A DNA stretch of 64,000 nt from an uncultured Algoriphagus sp. GTDB taxonomy: Bacteria; Bacteroidota; Bacteroidia; Cytophagales; Cyclobacteriaceae. The notes under the pieces were generated by a model. It did not search any database. It was not told the origin of the DNA and worked only from the letters and a program-made list of their open reading frames with translations. The position numbers and the translations under genes are program-made. The number at the start of each line of letters is the position of its first letter. Within the stretch, counting starts at the first letter, position 1. Below are positions 52,476-62,326 of the stretch, piece after piece. The stretch spans positions 11,804-75,803 of the forward strand of contig CAJBER010000226.1 of assembly GCA_903952135.1 (NCBI GenBank), read 5' to 3'.

Positions 52476-52517
52476 GGTTTACGGATAATCGACCACGGAC
52501 GACTGTCCACAGCCCAC
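52476..52517 (+). repeat. Degenerate tandem heptamer array
   Basis: GGTTTAC GGATAAT CGACCAC GGACGAC TGTCCAC AGCCCAC, consensus nGnnnAC. Confidence 0.45.
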
Positions 52518-52590
52518 TTAATTGAACCTCAGAAACTATTTTCTTTAAGTCTATTAAACCCTAAAAAATAGTAATCCCATTAATAAAACG

Positions 52591-52623
52591 AAGGGCGACA
52601 AGGAAGTATCCTTGTCGCCCTTT
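52591..52623. terminator. Strong hairpin / terminator between convergent genes
   Basis: 14-bp perfect stem AAGGGCGACAAGGA-agta-TCCTTGTCGCCCTT. Confidence 0.75.
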
Positions 52624-52641
52624 GTCTGAAATAGTGCTTGA

Positions 52642-53751
52642 CTACCTCACAAATTTGCGATAGACCTGTTGCATAAATTCACGTACCTCTTCAGATTCAA
52701 TATCCCAGCCCAGTTCAAATACAAACCGCGAATTGATCAATTCCACTGCCTCTTCAAAAGTAGCAAGTTCGTCGACCGACTTTAGTGCATGTCGAAGCAA
52801 ATCTGCATTTCCATCAAACAATTCTTTGGTGAACATAAAGCGCTGATTTAGGGCGAGGCTCTCGGCCAATTCTCCCAAAATCCCCTTCATTCCTTTGTAA
52901 GTTTCTGTAGCAAATACAGCCTTCAAATGAGCCGCATCCAAACCCTTTCCAGATGGAACATTGGACACTACTAGCTCTACGGGTGGAGTTACTACTTCTT
53001 CCTCTTCCGATTCATCAATTTCAGGTTCCGGTGCTTCATAGAAGTCGTCATTCGACTCAACCACAGCACTTGTTTCTTGCTCCTCAAAAACTTCTTCCTG
53101 TTCTTCGATTTCAGTGCCAGCTTCAACCTCAATACCTAGGTACAATTCCAAGTCAAACAAAAGCGTAGCATTTAGGGTAGCTAAGAGTTCTTTTGGTGCA
53201 TCCAAGCTTCCTCCTAGGCTTTGGAAATTGGAAGCAATCGCTTGTTGGTAACTTTCCAATTCCTGAACAATCCCTGCCTTGTCAATTAAAGGAGTGATTA
53301 ATTTTTCATTCCATTTGAAGTACTTCTTGTTCTCTTTCAAATACTCATTGATTTTGCCAGCAGGCGCTTTTTCCAACTCCAATTGATAAAATGAAACAGG
53401 GTCCGTCGCTACTCGAATGGCTTCTTGTACGGCATCCTGTAGCATGCCTTCCAGATGGCGGCGCTCTACCTTAATCCGGCGAGAAAGGACATTCATAAAC
53501 TGAGTGAGCGCCTCATGTACTGCAATATCTCGGTAATCAAAATAGGGGCTGGACTTCAATTTGCCCAATTCTTCTTGCCACAACTCAAATAAGCGTTTGA
53601 TAATGAAAAAATTCACCTGAGCACTTGGAGTCAATTGAATGATTTCCTGTCCAGTAATAAACTGTCTCGTGCTGAAAAATTGGTCACAAACCAATTCTGC
53701 ATAGGAGGTGGCATATTTTTCTAAATAATTGCCGTTAATTTGAGCGCTCAT
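52642..53751 (-). CDS. Hypothetical protein with acidic linker
   Basis: 369-aa ORF with globular N-domain, Glu-rich linker and C-terminal SLALNQRFMFTKELFDG domain. Confidence 0.75.
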   Translation of the reverse strand: MSAQINGNYLEKYATSYAELVCDQFFSTRQFITGQEIIQLTPSAQVNFFIIKRLFELWQEELGKLKSSPYFDYRDIAVHEALTQFMNVLSRRIKVERRHLEGMLQDAVQEAIRVATDPVSFYQLELEKAPAGKINEYLKENKKYFKWNEKLITPLIDKAGIVQELESYQQAIASNFQSLGGSLDAPKELLATLNATLLFDLELYLGIEVEAGTEIEEQEEVFEEQETSAVVESNDDFYEAPEPEIDESEEEEVVTPPVELVVSNVPSGKGLDAAHLKAVFATETYKGMKGILGELAESLALNQRFMFTKELFDGNADLLRHALKSVDELATFEEAVELINSRFVFELGWDIESEEVREFMQQVYRKFVR

Positions 53752-53784
53752 AGGTTGATATTGTTTTCAAAAACAAACAAAGGC

Positions 53785-54111
53785 ATGGTCCGAATACGTA
53801 TTCAAAATCTCGGAAACCGATCTATTGAAACAGAAAACACGGAACGTAAAGTTATCGAATTAATTCATGAAAATCGAATAGATTGGATGCATGCTTGCGG
53901 TAAAAAAGGAAGATGTACGACCTGCAAAATGCATATCTTAGCAGGCCAAGAGTATTTAAGTCCAGAAACACCACAAGAACTTCAATTTAGAGACTTGAAG
54001 AGACTACTTTCCAATGAGCGATTGGCTTGTCAAGCGCAACTCCTTCAAGGTGAATTGACGATAAGCGTCCCTGAATCCAGTAAATTTCCCCATTTGACCT
54101 ATACCGAATAA
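53785..54111 (+). CDS. 2Fe-2S ferredoxin
   Basis: HACGKKGRCTTC...RLACQ; ATG 53785. Confidence 0.9.
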   Translation: MVRIRIQNLGNRSIETENTERKVIELIHENRIDWMHACGKKGRCTTCKMHILAGQEYLSPETPQELQFRDLKRLLSNERLACQAQLLQGELTISVPESSKFPHLTYTE

Positions 54112-54113
54112 GT

Positions 54114-54698
54114 ATGTTTATTGAACCCTCACCCATCAGTAGAAAACATGCCGAGCAGAAAGGTCAAATTGAAGTGATCTGCGGATCCATGTTTTCGGGC
54201 AAAACAGAGGAGTTGATCCGGCGACTCACACGAGCTCGGCTGGCGAAGCAGCATGTTGAGATCTTCAAACCTTCTGTAGATACCCGATACCACGATACCC
54301 ATGTGGTATCACACAACGAAACAAGCATCCGTTCCACACCGGTCAGTTTTGCTGGTGACATCCTTTTGCTCAGCGGCACCTGCGACGTAGTAGGAATCGA
54401 TGAGGCTCAATTTTTTGATGGGGAGATTGTGCGGGTGGTGCAGCTTCTTGCCAACCAAGGAAAGCGGGTAATCTTGGCAGGATTAGACATGGACTTTGAA
54501 GGCAAGCCCTTTGATCCCATGCCCGAATTGATGGCTATTGCCGAATACGTGACCAAAGTGCATGCCATCTGCATGAAATGCGGGGATTTGGCCGCATTCT
54601 CCTATCGCCTTTCCGCAGCAAAGGAAAAAGTAATGCTCGGTGAAAAAGACAGCTACGAGGCCCGATGCAGAAAGTGCTTTCAGGAAGACCAGGGTTAA
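54114..54698 (+). CDS. tdk: Thymidine kinase
   Basis: GSMFSGKTEEL, IDEAQFF, AGLDMDF and Zn motif CMKC...RCRKC. Confidence 0.97.
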   Translation: MFIEPSPISRKHAEQKGQIEVICGSMFSGKTEELIRRLTRARLAKQHVEIFKPSVDTRYHDTHVVSHNETSIRSTPVSFAGDILLLSGTCDVVGIDEAQFFDGEIVRVVQLLANQGKRVILAGLDMDFEGKPFDPMPELMAIAEYVTKVHAICMKCGDLAAFSYRLSAAKEKVMLGEKDSYEARCRKCFQEDQG

Positions 54699-54710
54699 TC
54701 CAAACCAGCC

Positions 54711-55400
54711 ATGCTTAAAAAAACGAGTGGAATCGTATTAAGCCATATCAAATACAAGGACACGAGTATCATTGTCCGCATTTTTACCCGAGACCTCGGC
54801 CTGAAAGCCTACCTCGTCAACGGGGTGAGAAGCCTCGGAAAAGGGAGTAAAATTGCGCTCTACCAACCCCTGACCCTGCTTGATCTCGTCGTGTATGACA
54901 AGGAAAACACCGGATTACAACGCATCTCCGAAGCAAAAATCAATACGCCACAACGGCTGATTCCCTTTGATATGGTACGCACCAGTCTGGCGCTTTTTGC
55001 CACAGAAGTGATCAGCAGAAGTATCCTTGAAGGATATGAGAATGAGGAACTCTTTGATTTTTTGTGTGTAAGTATTTCCATCTTAGACGATCCAGCAACC
55101 AACTTGGCACATTTTCCTCTCTTCTTCCTCCTTGAAAATGCCAAGCATCTGGGCTTCGCTCCGGAAGAGGCTGAAGGGTTTTTGGCAGAAAGTATGCACC
55201 ATCCCTTCAATTCAGAAGAAATCAGCCTTGTACTTCCCTATTTAAAAGATTTACTAGTTCAAGGGTACCATCCTACCTCCACTTTATCCCTACCGCTACG
55301 GCGAAAACTCCTGGACCACTTGGTGGCATTTCATGCACAACACCTTGCACATCCCCATCCCCTCAAATCTCTTCCCATCATACGGCAGCTAATCGGGTGA
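54711..55400 (+). CDS. recO: DNA repair protein RecO
   Basis: KTSGIVL..IKYKDTSIIVRIFTRDLG OB-fold start; HLGFAP. Confidence 0.9.
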   Translation: MLKKTSGIVLSHIKYKDTSIIVRIFTRDLGLKAYLVNGVRSLGKGSKIALYQPLTLLDLVVYDKENTGLQRISEAKINTPQRLIPFDMVRTSLALFATEVISRSILEGYENEELFDFLCVSISILDDPATNLAHFPLFFLLENAKHLGFAPEEAEGFLAESMHHPFNSEEISLVLPYLKDLLVQGYHPTSTLSLPLRRKLLDHLVAFHAQHLAHPHPLKSLPIIRQLIG

Positions 55401-55599
55401 TTGAGAACAAAGTGATGGGAAATAGGGAAAAAAGAAAAATTTGGTTAATCCAACTTCAACAAGTAATATTGTAGTCACAAGTGAATAAAGCATTCGGCCC
55501 ACTTTGGCTTGAACTTTTCCTGCAGACCTTTTTCGCTCAGAAAATTATTCACCATCCCAAAACCACATTTTACCGATCTAATTATTTCTTCCCCTCTTT

Positions 55600-57390
55600 A
55601 TGTACAACATAGAAGAACTCAGAATCAGGCTTTTATCTGAATTAAAGGAGATTGCTGAGGAACTTGGAGTGAAAAATTCCAAAACTTTGAAAAAAGACGA
55701 ACTGGTGTATGCGATTCTTGACCAACAAGCCATCATCCCAGAACAAGCACTCCCCAAGAAAAAACCTTCAGTAGTAGAATCCGGATCCGCTGTAGAAGAG
55801 AAAACCGACTCTCCTGCTCCTGCCGCAGCTGCACCCACTACCGAAGAACCCACAGAATTCAAACCCAAATTCAGAAGACAGAACGTCACTGAAATCCCAG
55901 AGGTTACTACTCATACCACTTCAGAAGAAACGCAAGCCGCTCCAAGAGAGGAAAGAGCACCAAAACCTTATGTAAAGCCTGCCAAGGAATTTACACCTAG
56001 ACCTGAAAGAAGACCTCAAGTTGAATCTTCTGAAGAGCCTAAATCTTTCAAGCCACGCAGACGCGTATTTGACGAAGATCCATCCGCTCCAAGTGCACAA
56101 GAAGACAGCGTAGAAGGAACAGTACCTGCCACTCAAGAGGAGGGTAATTTTTATCGAGGAGAGGCTGAACTTCCAAGACGCAAAAATTTCAAATCTCCAG
56201 AGGATGCACACATTCCTGCAGCAGAAACGCTCCCAGGAAATGCCCGCAAAAAACCTTTTGTTAGCCCTAGAGAATTTGATGGAGTTATCGAAAATGAAGG
56301 TGTATTGGAAATCGTACAAGATGGCTACGCTTTCTTGCGCTCCCTAGACTACAACTACCTCGCCTCTCCGGATGATATTTACGTTTCACCAAGTCAAATC
56401 AAGCACTTTGGTTTGAAGACAGGAGACCATATCAAGGGGTCAATTCGTCCTCCAAAAGAAGGAGAAAAATACTTTGCCCTCCTCAAAATCGAGACTGTAA
56501 ATGGAAAAACTACAGACGAGATCAGAGACCGGGTTCCTTTTGAATACCTCACCCCACTTTTCCCAGAGGAGCGCTTAAACCTATCTACTAAGGCGGATGG
56601 CTATTCCACCCGAATTCTAGATTTGTTTGCCCCAATTGGAAAAGGCCAACGCGGGATGATCGTAGCACAGCCTAAGACGGGTAAGACCGTACTCTTGCAG
56701 CAAATCGCAAACGCCATCACCCAAAATCACCCTGAGGTGCATCTCATGATCTTGTTGATCGATGAACGCCCAGAAGAAGTAACCGATATGGCTCGTTCTG
56801 TGAATGCAGAAGTAATCTCTTCTACCTTTGACGAGCAAGCCGAACGCCATGTAAAAGTGGCGAATATCGTCCTTGAGAAAGCAAAACGAATGGTGGAAGT
56901 AGGACATGATGTGGTGATCCTTTTGGATTCCATCACCCGACTTGCACGAGCACACAATACCGTAGTCCCTAGTTCAGGTAAAATCCTCTCCGGCGGGGTG
57001 GACGCAAATGCGCTACACAAGCCGAAGCGTTTCTTTGGTGCCGCTCGTAATGTGGAAAATGGTGGTTCATTAACCATCATCGCTACAGCCTTGGTAGAAA
57101 CAGGTTCAAAAATGGACGAAGTAATCTTTGAAGAATTCAAAGGTACGGGCAACATGGAATTGGCTCTTGATCGTAAGTTGGCCAACCGTAGAATCTATCC
57201 TGCTATCGACGTCCTCAGTTCTGGAACACGTAGAGAAGACCTTTTGATGGATAAGGAAGAAATGCAGCGTGTCTGGATTTTGAGAAAGTTGATGAGCGAC
57301 ATGACCTCACAAGAATCCATGGAGTTCCTTCTTCAACGAATGAAAGGTACTCGCGACAATGCCGAGTTCTTGATTAGTATGAATGGATAA
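55600..57390 (+). CDS. rho: Transcription termination factor Rho with N-terminal insertion
   Basis: [33 protein letters not shown] and [10 protein letters not shown]. Confidence 0.97.
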   Translation: MYNIEELRIRLLSELKEIAEELGVKNSKTLKKDELVYAILDQQAIIPEQALPKKKPSVVESGSAVEEKTDSPAPAAAAPTTEEPTEFKPKFRRQNVTEIPEVTTHTTSEETQAAPREERAPKPYVKPAKEFTPRPERRPQVESSEEPKSFKPRRRVFDEDPSAPSAQEDSVEGTVPATQEEGNFYRGEAELPRRKNFKSPEDAHIPAAETLPGNARKKPFVSPREFDGVIENEGVLEIVQDGYAFLRSLDYNYLASPDDIYVSPSQIKHFGLKTGDHIKGSIRPPKEGEKYFALLKIETVNGKTTDEIRDRVPFEYLTPLFPEERLNLSTKADGYSTRILDLFAPIGKGQRGMIVAQPKTGKTVLLQQIANAITQNHPEVHLMILLIDERPEEVTDMARSVNAEVISSTFDEQAERHVKVANIVLEKAKRMVEVGHDVVILLDSITRLARAHNTVVPSSGKILSGGVDANALHKPKRFFGAARNVENGGSLTIIATALVETGSKMDEVIFEEFKGTGNMELALDRKLANRRIYPAIDVLSSGTRREDLLMDKEEMQRVWILRKLMSDMTSQESMEFLLQRMKGTRDNAEFLISMNG

Positions 57391-57423
57391 AATGCCTCGG
57401 CCTGACAACAGGCCCGCGTTTTC

Positions 57424-57469
57424 AACAAAAAGCAGCTGTCTCTACCCAGGGACAGCTGCTTTTTTTGTT
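57424..57469. terminator. Bidirectional intrinsic terminator
   Basis: AAAAAGCAGCTGTC-N10-GACAGCTGCTTTTTTT. Confidence 0.8.
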
Positions 57470-57499
57470 CCTTGGCCTACCTCTTCAAATTGCCAACAC

Positions 57500-60400
57500 C
57501 TACTTTTGTTCCGCTATTTTGTTTCGCAAGTGGGGTGGCATCTTTGCTCTTCCAAAACCTAGGGTGCCTTTTAGGCCCGAAAAAGTCGCCTTCCACCAGG
57601 CATTAATCACGGACTTGCGAGTATCCCGCTGCATGTAAATTTCCCGAACCACAGGCCTTCCTTTGGCAGATCTCGGATTTGCATTTTTTCCTAAGAAATT
57701 AGCTACAAAACTATATATCCTCAACTTGCCCTTGCCTCGCTCAAGCGTGAGACTATCCAAAAACTCCAGTTTGAAGTCCCGATAGCCCAAGGTCATGCTA
57801 CCAAAGGCCTCCTGCTCATTGACCTCAAAGTCCCAATTTCCATGGGTAAATTCGCCTGAAGTAGGCCGCACAAAAACAGTCTTTGACACCAAATCCGACA
57901 TTTCAGAAAAGGCAAATTTGTCAGCCGTCACTTGCACCTTCATCGGATAGTTTTTTTCGAAAAGCATAGTTCCCGTCACCCCAAGGTTGCTGCTATTCCC
58001 TACCTGTGCCGCCATACCAAACTTGATTTCAGAGACCGGGTAGGAAGCACCTGCCTTTCTCAAGAAAATGGGACCTACATTCCCCCTCAGGTGGTCGAAG
58101 GTGATTCGTCCGGATTGGGTAGATTTTTCACCAAATTCCACATAGGTTACTTGGCTATCGCTCACTTGCACCGTATCGAGGTCAGCATTGATCTTGGCAT
58201 GCTCCAGCAGGTATTGCGGCATGGCCTTGTAGACGAGAGAATCCAATGGTTTTCGTTTGTCTCGTACCAGCTCAAGGGTTGCCCCTTTCACCACCAATGC
58301 TTTGGCCTTGAGCAGTTCGAATTCCGCAAGACGCAAGGGATCAATCCCCTCCAGCTGTATCTGCTGAATGCGTGCGTTGATGGCTTCCTTTTGGAAAGGT
58401 AGGCTGTTCAAATACGTATCAGTCCCGTATGTGGGTCGGTAAAAAACCCCTTCCAAGGAGAGGTTTTCCTCGGCAAACTGTACTTTTTCTAGGTTGATTT
58501 TGTAACTACTGTCCTGGGTATAGGTTTCGTAATCGCTCAGACTGAAGGTCATATTCTTGCTGAGTAGCTCCTTCCAGCTGGGTAGTTCCTTGAGGTCAAG
58601 CAGATCTATTCCAAGCTGGGATAACCTAAAATCTACCCTTGGAAAGTGGCCATTGGGAAGGGCTCTCCCCCCTTTTTGGTATAGGTCAAGCTGCCCACTT
58701 TCCATGCTAAGCTCACCCACCAGGATGGATTGAATCAGGGGGTTCTCCTTCTTTTCGGCTGCTGGCTTACGGAAACTGGGAGTGGTGGGAAGGCTGTCAA
58801 GGTAGATGGCCAGTTTCGGCCTAACTAAGCGAACTTGTTTCAAATCCAATTTTCTGGAGAGTAACATGTCTAGCAAGGTATTTTTCTCAAGAATAACTTG
58901 CTCTACGGTTCCTTTCACCACAGGGCTACCCGGATTACCCAAGAGGTCAGTCGGAAGGATGCTCAAACCCGAAAAGACTACCTCCTCCTTTTGATCACCA
59001 AAGGCTACCGAAGCAAACTTTACCGTATGCACGCTATCTGGCAGCGCATAAGTAAAATCGGTCAAACCCAGGTTGGCTCGCAGGTACATGCTGGCATAGT
59101 CCTGGGCGTTAGCCAGGACACTATCTAAATTGAATTGAGTGAGATTAAAAGCAAAGCCTGTTTTAACCGCTTGCTTGGTCTGATTTTGGCTTTGGTAGTT
59201 GAGTTTCAGGGTGGCATTGGTAGCCGTAATGGTGTCCACATACACTTCTTCAATGGCTTTCTGTACCGCTTTTTTCCTTTTGTTGATCGTTTTCTGATCG
59301 ACAGCAGTTACCTGCCTGTCAATGTCTAGTGCCACGTCCCCCCCATTGATTTCGAGTTTTTCGAGGTTGAGGACGTTGTCAAATACAAACTCCTCGATAT
59401 TTACTCCCTTCAAGGCCACTTTTGGGAGACTGAGTCCCAAAGCAATCCGCTTGTCTCCCACTTTACCAGGAAGTAGACTCAGGTTTTCAAAATCTAGGGT
59501 GCGGGTACGGGAATTGTAGTGCAAATAATCCGTTTCGACGAGGTACCTGCCACCCGCTAGGCTAAAGGAGTAGGAAGTAAATGTCAATTTGACCTCATCG
59601 GAAAATAGAGCTCTGTCCTGGGGCAAGCTATCCTTGTCGCTGAGCGAAAAATTCGTCAATGAGAAAGAGAGCCGATCCTCCTCGAAAGAAGTTACGGCGG
59701 CAGTAGCCTTATTTTCGTAGCGGAGTTTAGCAGCATCGATATTGACGGAGTCCACTTGTATTTTGGTAAAGTAGCCCAGCAGTAGTGCTCTCAAGTCCTC
59801 CACGGAGCGTAGCGCATCCTCAGAGCCCTTTCTCTCCTTGGGCCGGTAAGTAGAAATCTTGAATTGGGGCGCATCGAGCTGAAGGTGATGGATCATCAGC
59901 TCCTGTTGGTAGACTGCCGACATCAGGTCAATCCCCTCTGCTCGGAGCAAGGGAATGGTAAAATCTACGGCAGCTCGTTTATCTAAAGTCTGGAGCTGGC
60001 TCCGAATTTGGGATGGATCTGCTGGCTGAATGCGCAAGTTTATTACTTCGAGCAGCTTCCTTTTCGAGTCGAGGGTGAGTTTCTCGGCAAGAAAAGTATG
60101 GAGGTTGTCCCGTAGTTTTAATCGGTAATCATACAGGGTCAGCTGCAGTTCTCCCACCTGCACTTGATCTTGAATGGCCAAGCTGCTGTCTGGTAGGAGT
60201 ACCAGTTTTTGGAGCCCCAAGCTAAACCGATCTACACCGATATCCTGGCTTTGCTGGCCGGAGTCCACCTTAAATTCCACCGTCCCCTCATCGAGTTGAA
60301 AATCACCTATCTCCACTTTTTCAAAGAGCCCTGAAAAAAGAGCCGTAAGCGCGTGATCAGGCTCCTGCTCCTTCCGGGATGCTTGTTGGATGATTTCCAT

Positions 60401-61852
60401 TTTTGGACGAGTGAGCATGACCTTTCCAACCTGCAATTCTCCCGTTTGGTACAAGCGTTTCAAGTCTGCATTTTCTAGTGAGAGCTGGGCAAGTTCCAAA
60501 TCGAAAACAGGCGTGCTTCGGGTACCCAAACCTGCTCCTTCTCTTGGAGAAAGATGTAGGTTAGAGACGGACAGGATTTTCTTAAAGGTGGACACCTCAA
60601 TTGCTTCTCCTGCCAATACATGAACGCCATCTCCAAGGTAGATTTTTCCCTGTTTGATCTTCATGGAGGCGTCGGTGCCATAAAAGAAGGCAGATGCTGT
60701 ATTTCGCGTCGCTTCTCCAAGGTGAAAACCGAGCATTTTAAAGTCAAGCTGTTCGAGTTCGATGCGATTTCTCAAGGAATCCTCTTTTTCTTTTCTTAAA
60801 AAAGAGCCCCCGTTGATGGAAAATTCTTTAATAGAGATCGCAGCTAACTTACCCCGGATAAAGTCATTCAAGTCTCCGGTTGGTGTGGCGCTGCCTAAGG
60901 GACTGCTGGATTGGATGACCTCAATTTGGGGAGCATTCAAGACCAGTTCTTCGATGTCGAGTCGCCCCGTTCGAAAAGCCTTGTTCCAATCGACATTCCC
61001 GATGTGCACCTCTTCAAGCGCCAAGGAATAGTAGTTTTTGCTCGGCTTGGATAGGTCCGAAGACAACGAAAGACGCTCGAGGTCCATCGTTTTCTCCAAG
61101 GAAGAGATCTTTACTTTAGCTGATTTGAGTCGATGGATGCCATCTGGTAGGGGAAACGTCACCTCGTCCAATTCCATTTCAAAACCCCGTGCATTGAAAG
61201 GCCTTTCCCAGACCTCATTGGGTGTCCAGTCCAAGTCCAGCAGTTTCAGAGATGCATTTTTGGTGAGCAGCTCCTGTTGGCTTAGAAAATTTAAAAAGAA
61301 CAGGTTGGCGTGATTTATTTCTATGGCCTTCACCTGGATGGAAGACAGGCCTAGTTGGCGAACGCTTTTTTTGATTTCGTTTTCCAAGAGAAATACAGGC
61401 GAGCGGGAAGTCTCCGCTGGCTTTGGGGAACTGGAAAGCGGTTGCAGCAATCGGATGTTGGGATTGTCTAATGCAATCTTTCGAAACGAAAGTTTTTGTT
61501 CAAAAAAATTAAACCCGAGACCAGTAAAGGCTAGTTCGTCTAACGTAAATTCAAATAAATCCTGATCTGCTCTTGCCCTCTCGGGATGCACGGGCTTCAA
61601 GACGGTTCCCTCCAAAAAAATCCCGCGTCGAATTAGGGAAAGGTGTACCCGATTGAAATCCAGTTCATAGACGCCGTTGAATGATTCATTCAATTTCTTT
61701 CGGAGGAGGCTGCCTAAAAACAGGTTTGAACCAAAGTAAACGGCAAATTCCAGGGTAAGTACTGCAAGTAAACCTACTCCGAGTATCCTAAGCCATTTTT
61801 TTCTGGAGGCAGACCTTTTGGGTTTTTCCTGAGCAGCAGACTTGGGTACCAT
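57500..61852 (-). CDS. Large AsmA/DUF748-like repeated beta-groove protein
   Basis: 1450 aa; basic N-terminus plus one TM anchor, amphipathic beta-strand repeats (I..L.L..P.I) and C-terminal RD.RKS..N.WWK...SGLK..LG helix. Confidence 0.7.
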   Translation of the reverse strand: MVPKSAAQEKPKRSASRKKWLRILGVGLLAVLTLEFAVYFGSNLFLGSLLRKKLNESFNGVYELDFNRVHLSLIRRGIFLEGTVLKPVHPERARADQDLFEFTLDELAFTGLGFNFFEQKLSFRKIALDNPNIRLLQPLSSSPKPAETSRSPVFLLENEIKKSVRQLGLSSIQVKAIEINHANLFFLNFLSQQELLTKNASLKLLDLDWTPNEVWERPFNARGFEMELDEVTFPLPDGIHRLKSAKVKISSLEKTMDLERLSLSSDLSKPSKNYYSLALEEVHIGNVDWNKAFRTGRLDIEELVLNAPQIEVIQSSSPLGSATPTGDLNDFIRGKLAAISIKEFSINGGSFLRKEKEDSLRNRIELEQLDFKMLGFHLGEATRNTASAFFYGTDASMKIKQGKIYLGDGVHVLAGEAIEVSTFKKILSVSNLHLSPREGAGLGTRSTPVFDLELAQLSLENADLKRLYQTGELQVGKVMLTRPKMEIIQQASRKEQEPDHALTALFSGLFEKVEIGDFQLDEGTVEFKVDSGQQSQDIGVDRFSLGLQKLVLLPDSSLAIQDQVQVGELQLTLYDYRLKLRDNLHTFLAEKLTLDSKRKLLEVINLRIQPADPSQIRSQLQTLDKRAAVDFTIPLLRAEGIDLMSAVYQQELMIHHLQLDAPQFKISTYRPKERKGSEDALRSVEDLRALLLGYFTKIQVDSVNIDAAKLRYENKATAAVTSFEEDRLSFSLTNFSLSDKDSLPQDRALFSDEVKLTFTSYSFSLAGGRYLVETDYLHYNSRTRTLDFENLSLLPGKVGDKRIALGLSLPKVALKGVNIEEFVFDNVLNLEKLEINGGDVALDIDRQVTAVDQKTINKRKKAVQKAIEEVYVDTITATNATLKLNYQSQNQTKQAVKTGFAFNLTQFNLDSVLANAQDYASMYLRANLGLTDFTYALPDSVHTVKFASVAFGDQKEEVVFSGLSILPTDLLGNPGSPVVKGTVEQVILEKNTLLDMLLSRKLDLKQVRLVRPKLAIYLDSLPTTPSFRKPAAEKKENPLIQSILVGELSMESGQLDLYQKGGRALPNGHFPRVDFRLSQLGIDLLDLKELPSWKELLSKNMTFSLSDYETYTQDSSYKINLEKVQFAEENLSLEGVFYRPTYGTDTYLNSLPFQKEAINARIQQIQLEGIDPLRLAEFELLKAKALVVKGATLELVRDKRKPLDSLVYKAMPQYLLEHAKINADLDTVQVSDSQVTYVEFGEKSTQSGRITFDHLRGNVGPIFLRKAGASYPVSEIKFGMAAQVGNSSNLGVTGTMLFEKNYPMKVQVTADKFAFSEMSDLVSKTVFVRPTSGEFTHGNWDFEVNEQEAFGSMTLGYRDFKLEFLDSLTLERGKGKLRIYSFVANFLGKNANPRSAKGRPVVREIYMQRDTRKSVINAWWKATFSGLKGTLGFGRAKMPPHLRNKIAEQK

Positions 61853-61897
61853 AGAAAAGTAATAACAGTGAAATATACCTACTTAATCCCGTATACG

Positions 61898-61924
61898 AAA
61901 AAAGCAGCCGGATGGCTGCTTTTT
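61898..61924 (-). terminator. Intrinsic terminator directly downstream of tRNA-like RNA 1
   Basis: Minus strand AAAAAGCAGCC-atcc-GGCTGCTTTTTT, starting about 5 nt after the discriminator base. Confidence 0.85.
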
Positions 61925-61929
61925 AAATG

Positions 61930-62067
61930 CTGTAGGGGAAGGATTCGAACCTCCACGCGGCAGTTAGGCATGAACTTTTGAAACACGCTTTATCCCGTTC
62001 CGATCTAATGACCGGCATCCCCACCCCCGAGACAGGAGGGCTTGTCTGCCAATTTCAACACCCTACA
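61930..62067 (-). ncRNA. tRNA-like RNA 1: Asp (GUC) anticodon, class-II D-arm, 69-nt variable region
   Basis: Acceptor UGUAGGG/CCCUACA plus G73; D-arm UUG-AAAUUGGCAGA-CAA; anticodon arm CCCUC-CUGUCUC-GGGGG; T-arm GGAGG-UUCGAAU-CCUUC; 138 nt; no encoded CCA. Confidence 0.85.
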
Positions 62068-62124
62068 AGATGGATTAAGCGCATATGTTCGCTTCGTTTT
62101 GGTTAGCCGTAATGCCAACAAGAG

Positions 62125-62132
62125 CAAATGTA
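62125..62132 (-). promoter_or_regulatory. Bacteroidota -7 promoter element for RNA 1
   Basis: TACATTTG matches TAnnTTTG; predicted start near 62119. Confidence 0.65.
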
Positions 62133-62326
62133 TTAAAAAGGTTGTTTAATTAAAATTTTTTTAATCTTTTGTTGATTTTTTTATTGTTTTTTTATTCAAA
62201 TGGTCTTTTTGTTATTTTATCGACAATATTGATATTAAAGAATTGGGGGGAATTGAAGAATTAAAAATGGATACCTGAGAATAAAAATTAAAAAAGGCCC
62301 TTTGGCCAAGGTCGAAAATGGGAAAT

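Noticed and set aside
61930-62067. Ordinary tRNA-Asp(GTC) or tRNA-Leu
   Set aside because: The 69-nt variable region, U37, U1:A72 and Leu-type D-arm fit neither; kept as a tRNA-like ncRNA.
62133-62326. AT-rich stretch as replication origin
   Set aside because: No DnaA-box cluster seen; it is better explained as upstream promoter and spacer DNA.
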